A stretch of DNA of 64,000 nt from Sedimentisphaeraceae bacterium JB056 (GTDB taxonomy: Bacteria; Planctomycetota; Phycisphaerae; Sedimentisphaerales; Sedimentisphaeraceae): positions 192,001 to 256,000 of the forward strand of contig JBITAJ010000027.1 in assembly GCA_044440125.1 (NCBI GenBank), read 5' to 3'. The first letter of the stretch is position 1. Each line of letters opens with the position of its first letter. Shown here one piece after another: positions 51,962 to 59,675 of the stretch. The position numbers were made by a program, and so were the translations under genes. The notes below the pieces were generated by a model. It was not told where the DNA came from, did no database searches, and worked only from the letters and a program-made list of their open reading frames with translations.

Positions 51962-53284
51962 ATGACGATTAGATACGATAAATATAAAGATTCAGGTGTT
52001 GAGTGGATTGGAGAGATTCCAAGCCATTGGAGTACAATAAAAGTCAAATATCTTGCGAAGGAAAATGTTCAATATGGATTGAATATAGGCAGCGAAAATT
52101 ATGTTGAGAATGGAGTAAGATTCTTAAGGACAACTGATATTGATGATTATGGGAAGATTCAAGATGAAGGGGTCTTTTTGTCAAATGATGCCGTTGATGC
52201 TTGCTACATACTTAAAGAAGGTGATTTTCTAATATCTAGAAGTGGAACTATCGGAAGAGCCTATGTTCATGGCAAACAAAAAGTAAAGTATTCATATGCT
52301 GGCTATCTCGTACGATTTGTTTTTGGGTATTTTACTTATGCTAAATATTTGTTTTATATAACTAAATCAGAATCGTTTGCTCAATGGCTGGCATCTATGA
52401 GTGTTGAATCAACTATAGGAAATGTAAACGGTCAAAAGTATGCGAATTTTCAATTTATGCTTCCATCTAAAGAAGAAACTGAAACAATTTTACATTTTCT
52501 TGATGCTAAGACTTCTAAGATTGACATGTTGATTGAGGCTAAGAGACGGCAGATTGAGCTTTTGAAGGAGCAGCGGACGGCGGTTATAAATCATGCCGTA
52601 ACTAAGGGGCTTGATCCCAATGTGGAGATGAAGGATTCAGGTGTTTATTGGCTGGGGGAGATTCCGAAGCATTGGGGGGTGAAGAAGCTAAAATATCTGT
52701 TGGTAGGTAAATTGAAATATGGTGCTAATGAGTCAGCGGAATCAGATGATAAATCAATGCCTCGCTATATTAGAATAACGGACTTTGGTGAAAATGGAGT
52801 CTTAAAAGATGAAACGTTCAGATCTTTACCAATGGGTATTGCAAAAGAATATTTATTAAATGAAGGTGATATCCTTTTTGCAAGAAGTGGTGCAACAGTT
52901 GGGAAAACTTTTCAATTTAAGAATTATAATGGAGTTGCTTGTTTTGCTGGCTATTTAATAAAAGCAAGCCCTGATTCTCAAATATGCCTATCTGACTTTT
53001 TGTATTATTTTACGAAATCGCTATTATATGAGAATTGGAAAAATAGCGTTTTTATTCAAGCAACAATCCAAAATATAGGAGCCGATAAATATCAGAATTT
53101 AATGGTTGTTTTACCACCAATTGAAGAGCAATATAAAATAACAAATTATATCGAATCAGAATTGTCTAAAATAGGTAAGATTATTTCCAAAGCTGAAAAA
53201 CAGATTGAATTATTGACAGAATACAGAACAGCTTTGATTTCGGAAGCAGTAACTGGAAAGATTGATGTTAGGAGGGAATGTTAA
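51962..53284 (+). CDS. hsdS: Type I R-M specificity subunit with two TRDs
   Basis: Repeated KDSGV.W.GEIP.HW conserved blocks; C-terminal LPP.EEQ...I...LISEAVTGKID. Confidence 0.95.
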   Translation: MTIRYDKYKDSGVEWIGEIPSHWSTIKVKYLAKENVQYGLNIGSENYVENGVRFLRTTDIDDYGKIQDEGVFLSNDAVDACYILKEGDFLISRSGTIGRAYVHGKQKVKYSYAGYLVRFVFGYFTYAKYLFYITKSESFAQWLASMSVESTIGNVNGQKYANFQFMLPSKEETETILHFLDAKTSKIDMLIEAKRRQIELLKEQRTAVINHAVTKGLDPNVEMKDSGVYWLGEIPKHWGVKKLKYLLVGKLKYGANESAESDDKSMPRYIRITDFGENGVLKDETFRSLPMGIAKEYLLNEGDILFARSGATVGKTFQFKNYNGVACFAGYLIKASPDSQICLSDFLYYFTKSLLYENWKNSVFIQATIQNIGADKYQNLMVVLPPIEEQYKITNYIESELSKIGKIISKAEKQIELLTEYRTALISEAVTGKIDVRREC

Positions 53285-54331
53285 ATGTCGATGATCTCAT
53301 CTTACCGCAATCAGATACAGAGAATTACAAAAGATATTGCTAAACTTCAAACTGATCTAAGCAAAGAAGCTAAGATAATTGCTGATGCTAAAAAAAATAT
53401 TAATAGGGTTAATAGGAGTATTACTTCCAATACATCTCAAAGTATAATTTGCTCTAAAATGCGAGAGATAGAGAGATATGAAGACAAGACTGCTAGATCA
53501 GAACAAAAACGTGCCGATCTTGAAAACAAAAAAGCTCGCAAGACTGAAGAATTAAATCGAATAAAAGAACGATTGGATAGGGAAGAACTAAGAGAAACAG
53601 ATAAGCAGATGCGTCAGCAGAAACAGACTTTTGATAAAATTAATTATAACTTAGAAACTCAGAGTAGACTTATTAAAGAGAATACTCAAGCAGTGAGAGA
53701 TTTGCAGAAGCCTATAGAGCAAATTACTGTTTTATTCTTTGCTTCAAATCCTCATTTAGATTTGAGACTCGATGAAGAGATGAGAGCTATTGATGAAATG
53801 GTTAGAAAATCTGAACATCGAGATTCTGTTATTTTACAATCAAAATGGGCTGTTCGTCCTGCGGATATTTTACAGGGAATTAATGAGTATTCTCCGCAAA
53901 TTATTCATTTCAGTGGGCATGGTTCAGAAACGGGAGAACTTGTTTTGCAGGATGATGCAGGGCAAGCAAAGCTTATCGATGTCGATGCTATGGTTCAGGT
54001 CATGGTTGCATCAAGTAGTTCAATAAGATTTGCATTTCTAAATGCTTGCTACTCTCATGAACAAGCGATGGCTATAGTTGAATATGTTGAGGCAGCTATT
54101 GGAATGAATGCTCCTATCGGTGATAACGCTGCCAAAATATTTGCAAGTCAGTTTTATTCTGCGATTGGATTTGGTAAATCAGTTAAAGAAGCTTTTGAAC
54201 AAGCTAAGGCATTATTAATGATGGAGGGTATCAAAGAGGTGGATACTCCTGAATTATTTGTTGCTGATGGAGTAAATGCTGAAGATATAATCTTAGTAAT
54301 ACCTGAGAACAATGTTGGAGATAAGTCATGA
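53285..54331 (+). CDS. Coiled-coil + CHAT (caspase-like) protease domain protein
   Basis: About 140 aa of K/R/E/Q-rich helix, then LFFASNP..LRLDEE.R, IIHFSGHG (His212) and FLNACYS (Cys255). Confidence 0.85.
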   Translation: MSMISSYRNQIQRITKDIAKLQTDLSKEAKIIADAKKNINRVNRSITSNTSQSIICSKMREIERYEDKTARSEQKRADLENKKARKTEELNRIKERLDREELRETDKQMRQQKQTFDKINYNLETQSRLIKENTQAVRDLQKPIEQITVLFFASNPHLDLRLDEEMRAIDEMVRKSEHRDSVILQSKWAVRPADILQGINEYSPQIIHFSGHGSETGELVLQDDAGQAKLIDVDAMVQVMVASSSSIRFAFLNACYSHEQAMAIVEYVEAAIGMNAPIGDNAAKIFASQFYSAIGFGKSVKEAFEQAKALLMMEGIKEVDTPELFVADGVNAEDIILVIPENNVGDKS

Positions 54332-54999
54332 CTAATGATGCACTAAATTTAGAAGGGAAACTATCTAAATCTATCGAATCTGAGCAATTAGGCAAGCTTA
54401 CTGCAAGCTATGCGGAACTTGGTTTGGATACTATCCTTGAAGATGGTTTATTGAAAGATATTCCTATATTGGGGACGATAACAAGTCTAGCTAAAATTGG
54501 TTTTAATATGAGGGATAGAGTGTATTTAAAGAAGTTGATATTATTTCTATCTCAAATGTCTGACGTGTCTCAAGAACAACGCGAAGAATTTGTTAAAAAA
54601 AGTTGTATTGGCAATAGATATTTTGAAGAGACAATAATGTTGATTATTGAAAAGGCAGACAGATTTGAGAAAACTCAATTGATCGGCAAAATATTTAAGT
54701 CTTCAATTATAGGTAAAATATCATCTAAGACTGCTTTTTTACTATCGGATATAGTTAATAATACTTATTGGGCAGATTTATCTGAGGTATTATTTTTAAC
54801 TCTTCCTTTATCTGAGATTGCGATGCAACGGTTGTATTCTGTAGGCTTGCTTATTGAATGTGATGATACTTTTCTTGAGCCTAATCCTGAGATTACATTG
54901 GATGAAATTAAATATGAAATAAGTGACTACACACATCTATTAAGCTTAATTCATTTTAACAAGCATGATGATATTAATGATTACTATCGGTCAATTTAA
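54328..54999 (+). CDS. Uncharacterised helical protein coupled to the CHAT gene
   Basis: 223-aa ORF; ATGA overlap with the CHAT stop; AT-rich. Confidence 0.75.
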   Translation: MTNDALNLEGKLSKSIESEQLGKLTASYAELGLDTILEDGLLKDIPILGTITSLAKIGFNMRDRVYLKKLILFLSQMSDVSQEQREEFVKKSCIGNRYFEETIMLIIEKADRFEKTQLIGKIFKSSIIGKISSKTAFLLSDIVNNTYWADLSEVLFLTLPLSEIAMQRLYSVGLLIECDDTFLEPNPEITLDEIKYEISDYTHLLSLIHFNKHDDINDYYRSI

Positions 55000-55014
55000 G
55001 ATAAATGAGATTTT

Positions 55015-57972
55015 ATGATTAATTTACATACCTATACAGAACAAAACTTTGAGGAACATATTGAAGCTTATTTGCTTGCGAGCGGGTATTGTAAGAGGTC
55101 TTATGGTGATTATGACAAGAAGCTTTGTCTTATTGCTGATGATGTTTTAGGCTTTTTAAAATCCACGCAGGAGAAAGAGTATGATAAACTTTTGCCGCAG
55201 TATGGGAGCAGTACGGATGAAAAGCTTATCGGCAGGCTTTCGGCAGAGATTGGCAGGCGTGGTGTTTTGGATGTGTTGCGCAATGGTTTTAAAGACAGGG
55301 GTGCGAGATTTCGGCTTGCATATTTTAAGCCTGCAAGCGGAATGAATGCCGAGCATATAGAGCTTTATCGGCAGAACCGTTTCAGTGTTGTACGTCAGCT
55401 TCGTTACAGCGAAAAGAATGAAAACAGCCTCGATATGGTCCTGTTTCTTAACGGTTTGCCGATAATAACGGCAGAGCTGAAGAACAGCCTTACCGGACAG
55501 TTTGTGTCGGAGGCTAAGAAGCAATACAGAAAAGACCGAAGTCAGAAGGAGCCGTTGTTTGCATTTAAGAGATGTCTTGTGCATTTTGCGGTCGGTAACG
55601 AAGAGGTTGCCATGACAACGAGGCTTTCGGGAGATAAGACGAGGTTTCTGCCGTTCAATAAGGATATTGTGAACCCCGTTAATCCTAACGGGCATAAAAG
55701 TGCGTATTTGTGGGAGGATATATGGCAGAGGGATACGCTGCTTGACATGATAGACAATTATCTATGCGTGCAGAAGAATGTTGAGAAGTATTTTGATAAG
55801 AGCAGGGGGCTTTGCGAGAAGGAAAGCGAGGTCTTGATTTTTCCCCGTTATCATCAGCTTGATTGCGTTAGGAGTATTATTGACGAAGTGAGGAAAGATG
55901 GTGCGGGGCATAATTATCTTGTTCAGCATTCGGCGGGTTCTGGTAAGAGTAATTCTATCGCATGGCTTGCGCATAAGCTGGCGAGCTTTTACAGAGATAA
56001 AAACGATAAGGAAAGGCTCTTTGACAGTATCATTGTAGTTACTGACAGGTGTGTGCTTGATGAACAGCTTCAGAAGACAATCAAACAGTTTGAGAAGACT
56101 GATGGGGTTGTGTGTGAGATTGATATTAATTCTGCACAGCTTCAAAAAGCACTTGAACACGGCAAGAGCATTATAATTTCTACAATACAGAAGTTCGGCG
56201 TTATCGCAGAGACCATAAGCAGGCTTAAAGGAAGCAGGTTTGCGGTTATAGTTGATGAGGCACATACGAGCCAATCGGGAGAATCCGCCAAGCAGTTGAA
56301 GAAGGCTTTGGGGGCTAAGGTGGAAGAAGCGGACGAGGGGTTAGAGGCTGAATTTGATGTTGAAGAAGAGATAATAAAAGAGATACAGACCCGGGGCAGG
56401 CAGAAACATATATCATATTTTGCATTTACCGCAACGCCTAAAAATAAGACATTGGAGCTTTTCGGGCTTAAAAAAGATGATGGGAAGTTTGCGGCGTTTC
56501 ATAATTACCAGATGAGGCAGGCGATAGAAGAGGGCTTTATTCTGGATGTGCTGGAGAACTATACTACTTATAAGCGGTATTTCAAGCTTGCGAAGAAGAT
56601 TGAAGAGGACGGCGAATATGAGAAGGGCAAGGCTCAACGACTTTTGATGTCGTATGTTGACGGGCAGTTGCATTCAGTCGAAACCAAATCAAGGATAATG
56701 CTGGAGCATTTCCTATCGCATACTGTGAAGGCGATAAAAGGGAAGGGACGGGCAATGGTTGTAACGAGCTCGCGTTTGCAGGCGGTGAAGTTTTATAAGA
56801 TGTTCTGCAAGATAATGGCTGAGAAGCATTTGCGGTTTAAGCCGCTGGTTGCTTTTTCGGGGACGGTGGTTGATGATGGTGAGGAGTATACCGAAAAACG
56901 GCTTAATGGGCTTGAAAGCAGGGTTAGCATTAAGGATGCTTTGAAAACGCCGGAGTTTCGGATACTGATAGTCGCAAATAAGTTTCAGACGGGGTTTGAT
57001 GAGCCGCTTTTGCATACTATGTATGTTGATAAGAAGCTTGGGGGAGTTAGTGCAGTGCAGACATTGAGCAGGCTTAACAGGACATGTTCAGATAAGAAGG
57101 GGTGTGTTGTGCTGGATTTTGTGAACGAGGCGGAAGATATACAGAAAGCGTTTCAGCCGTATTACCAGACGACGCTGCTTGCCGAAGAGAGCGACCAAAA
57201 CAAGCTTTATGATATTGAGAGGGAGCTTTGGGGATTTGAGGTGTTCAATCAGGCGGATCTTGATGAGTTTGCGGAGATATTCTTTAATCCGGCTCTGGCT
57301 TCGGAGGGTTTACAACCGATACTTGATCGCGGGGTGGAGCAGTGGCGGCATAAAAAAGAGGAACAGCGGGAAGAATTCCGGTCGCTTTTGCAGAGTTATG
57401 TGAGGATATACGGGTTTATGAGTCAGCTGGTTACGTTTGAGGATGTTGAGCTGGAGAAGCTTTATGTTTATTGTAAGTGTCTTGGGCGTAAGCTTCCCCG
57501 CCGTAATAATCCGTTGCCTTATGAGGTGTTGGAGGCGGTTGATCTGGATTCTCTCAGGGTAGAACAGACTTATAAGGGGGCTATCGAGCTGGAAAAAGAG
57601 GATGGCGAGACTGTGCCGATTACTACGGGGCAGAGGAAAAATAAAGATGATGAAAGAGATTTTCTTTCAGAGATTGTTGAGGTTCTTAATGAGCTGTACG
57701 GGGCTAATCTTACCGAGGAAGATAGAATTGATGTCGGCAGAATAGAGGAAAAATACGCGGCAGATGAGGGGCTTAAAAAAGCGAGAAATCAGAAAAATAG
57801 TAAAGATAACATCAGGCGAAAATCTGATAAGGTAATTGATGAATTGGTTCTTGATTTCGTAAATACAAAAATTGAGCTTTATAAGAAGCTTACCGATTCT
57901 AATATCAATGCAATGCTTAAATCGGAGCTTTTTGAAAAGCAGCAACAGATTATGGCAGAGAGTTTTGGTTAA
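55015..57972 (+). CDS. hsdR: Type I R-M restriction (endonuclease/translocase) subunit
   Basis: D..LFLNGLP..TAELKN nuclease motif, HSAGSGKS, DEAH, FTATP, QTGFDEP, QTLSRLNR. Confidence 0.97.
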   Translation: MINLHTYTEQNFEEHIEAYLLASGYCKRSYGDYDKKLCLIADDVLGFLKSTQEKEYDKLLPQYGSSTDEKLIGRLSAEIGRRGVLDVLRNGFKDRGARFRLAYFKPASGMNAEHIELYRQNRFSVVRQLRYSEKNENSLDMVLFLNGLPIITAELKNSLTGQFVSEAKKQYRKDRSQKEPLFAFKRCLVHFAVGNEEVAMTTRLSGDKTRFLPFNKDIVNPVNPNGHKSAYLWEDIWQRDTLLDMIDNYLCVQKNVEKYFDKSRGLCEKESEVLIFPRYHQLDCVRSIIDEVRKDGAGHNYLVQHSAGSGKSNSIAWLAHKLASFYRDKNDKERLFDSIIVVTDRCVLDEQLQKTIKQFEKTDGVVCEIDINSAQLQKALEHGKSIIISTIQKFGVIAETISRLKGSRFAVIVDEAHTSQSGESAKQLKKALGAKVEEADEGLEAEFDVEEEIIKEIQTRGRQKHISYFAFTATPKNKTLELFGLKKDDGKFAAFHNYQMRQAIEEGFILDVLENYTTYKRYFKLAKKIEEDGEYEKGKAQRLLMSYVDGQLHSVETKSRIMLEHFLSHTVKAIKGKGRAMVVTSSRLQAVKFYKMFCKIMAEKHLRFKPLVAFSGTVVDDGEEYTEKRLNGLESRVSIKDALKTPEFRILIVANKFQTGFDEPLLHTMYVDKKLGGVSAVQTLSRLNRTCSDKKGCVVLDFVNEAEDIQKAFQPYYQTTLLAEESDQNKLYDIERELWGFEVFNQADLDEFAEIFFNPALASEGLQPILDRGVEQWRHKKEEQREEFRSLLQSYVRIYGFMSQLVTFEDVELEKLYVYCKCLGRKLPRRNNPLPYEVLEAVDLDSLRVEQTYKGAIELEKEDGETVPITTGQRKNKDDERDFLSEIVEVLNELYGANLTEEDRIDVGRIEEKYAADEGLKKARNQKNSKDNIRRKSDKVIDELVLDFVNTKIELYKKLTDSNINAMLKSELFEKQQQIMAESFG

Positions 57973-57994
57973 AAATTTGAGGTTTGAAAAAGAG

Positions 57995-58128
57995 GCACAC
58001 GGACAGGCACGGACTTACATGGACGGACACAGACGAAATAGGTCGATTGACTTAGTGATTAGTTATAAATTACGAATTAGGAATTAGGGATTTTAGGGGG
58101 CTGCCCGCTTCTTTTGGGCGCGGTACTG
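57995..58128 (+). repeat. Repeat mosaic at the right end of the R-M locus
   Basis: GGAC 9-mer-like repeats; AATTACGAATTAGGAATTAGG at 58068-58088 (identical to 49687-49707); REP-like half unit at 58103-58128. Confidence 0.7.
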
Positions 58129-58165
58129 CTTGCGGCAATTATCAGTGCTTTGGTTTATTAGATTT

Positions 58166-59251
58166 CTATATTTCTCTTGGTTTTGCTACTGATTGTCTTT
58201 GTATTAGATCAGGGCAAATCAGGCATGAGCTTGCCGAAGAAGTGTTATTCTGCCGGTTGTCATCATTGTTGTAGAGTATCTGGTTTACCGCCTCGAATGC
58301 CACTTTCTCATCGGGCTGCTTTATAACTGTCAGCGGTGGTGTTGACCATCTGTTTACGAGCATGCTGTCGTCATAGCTTATTACAGAGAAATCTTCGGGG
58401 ATGCTGTAACCTTCTGCTTTAATTGCTCTTACAACACCTGCCGCAATCTGGTCGTCATAAGTGAATACGGCAGTGAAATCATTGTTTTTACGCAAAAATT
58501 CCCTGAAATTCTCCTCAGAGTGGTTGTCTTCACAACTGCTTTCATCATAAAAGACGAGGTTGTCAGGTCTTGTGATATTCATCTCGGTATATGCCCTGAG
58601 CATTCCAAAATATCTTTCACGTGAAAAGTGGGAGTCGTTTCCTACGTTTGATTTTGCAAGCTGGTATGTGGCGTAAAGTATTTTGCGGTGGCCGTGCTCA
58701 AGCAGGTGTTTGGTTGCCAGGTATCCGCCCATAACGTTATCCACTAAAACTGACTTCACATTAGGCAGTGCGACATCATCAAGCAAGCTGACGATTTTCG
58801 TTCCATTCAATGAAATCTGGTGGATTTTCTCTATCGTTTCGTTTATTCCTTTTGACTTTATTATTATGCCTTCAACCCGCTTGCTGAGCATGAAATCGAG
58901 CTGTGCTATTTCCAGTTGCGGGTCCCATTGCGTCAGCCCGAGTATTATGCCGTAATGCTCTTTTTGGCTGTACTTCTGGATGTATGTTACAAGTTCATCG
59001 ATCTGAAATGAAAAGAAATTGGGTATTATAAGCCCGATCAGCTGGGAAGATTGATTTCTCAGTGCTTTTGCCGCATAGTTTGGTCTGTAGCCAATACGCT
59101 CAGCCTCTTCCAATACCTTGGCCTTTAGCTCAGGGCCAACCTTGCCGGCATCTCTCAGTGCTCTTGACACGGATGCAGGAGATATGTTGAGGTTTCTGGC
59201 TATGTCAACAATCGTCGGCTGGTTCTTTTTCGTTTCTTCTTGTATCATCAT
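58166..59251 (-). CDS. LacI-family transcriptional regulator
   Basis: TIVDIAR.L.IS.ASVSRAL HTH, GYRPN.AA.AL hinge, IPEDFSVISYDD; start placed at ATG 59251 rather than 59338. Confidence 0.93.
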   Translation of the reverse strand: MMIQEETKKNQPTIVDIARNLNISPASVSRALRDAGKVGPELKAKVLEEAERIGYRPNYAAKALRNQSSQLIGLIIPNFFSFQIDELVTYIQKYSQKEHYGIILGLTQWDPQLEIAQLDFMLSKRVEGIIIKSKGINETIEKIHQISLNGTKIVSLLDDVALPNVKSVLVDNVMGGYLATKHLLEHGHRKILYATYQLAKSNVGNDSHFSRERYFGMLRAYTEMNITRPDNLVFYDESSCEDNHSEENFREFLRKNNDFTAVFTYDDQIAAGVVRAIKAEGYSIPEDFSVISYDDSMLVNRWSTPPLTVIKQPDEKVAFEAVNQILYNNDDNRQNNTSSASSCLICPDLIQRQSVAKPREI

Positions 59252-59284
59252 TATAGGTAAATTCGGAACTTTTTGTAAATAATC

Positions 59285-59513
59285 AGGTAAAACGTTCTCA
59301 TATACCATAATATACTCTTTTTGAAAGATAGCAACCAAAAAATTACATATCCACGCTCAGGACAACGTTTACCCTTGCTTTATTGCTCTGAGGGCGGTTT
59401 TTGTCGATTTTTGTATAGTTTTATTTGTAGATATCAAAAAAAGAGGTAAAAAAAGAGAAAAAAAACTTGAAATATTCCTGTTTGAAGCGCATAATAAGGA
59501 CAACGTTTGCCTT
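59285..59513. promoter_or_regulatory. Divergent promoter region with three LacI-type operator candidates
   Basis: AGGTAAAACGTTCTCAT (59285), AGGACAACGTTTACCCT (59359), AGGACAACGTTTGCCTT (59497); TTGAAA-17-CATAAT at 59467-59495. Confidence 0.7.
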
Positions 59514-59675
59514 GTCTTGTTTCGACAACACTGGCAGTCTTATCCGGATGGCTGTTTTTTGACTATTTTCAGGCACATTCAGACTTGGCTGACGTAAACA
59601 ATAAAGGATGTTTACTTGCTTTAAAAAGTTCCCGCAAGGGTTGTGTGTTTTAAAATTTTCAGAAAGGATGGACCT

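Noticed and set aside
52650..52680. G5 and G6 runs in hsdS as a phase-variation switch
   Set aside because: The runs are short, encode the conserved W(L)GEIP.HWG block and leave the frame intact. No invertase or second hsdS is present.
59512..59560. Hairpin plus T-run in the leader of the LamG gene as an attenuator
   Set aside because: The stem depends on several G-U pairs and is too weak to call without folding calculations.
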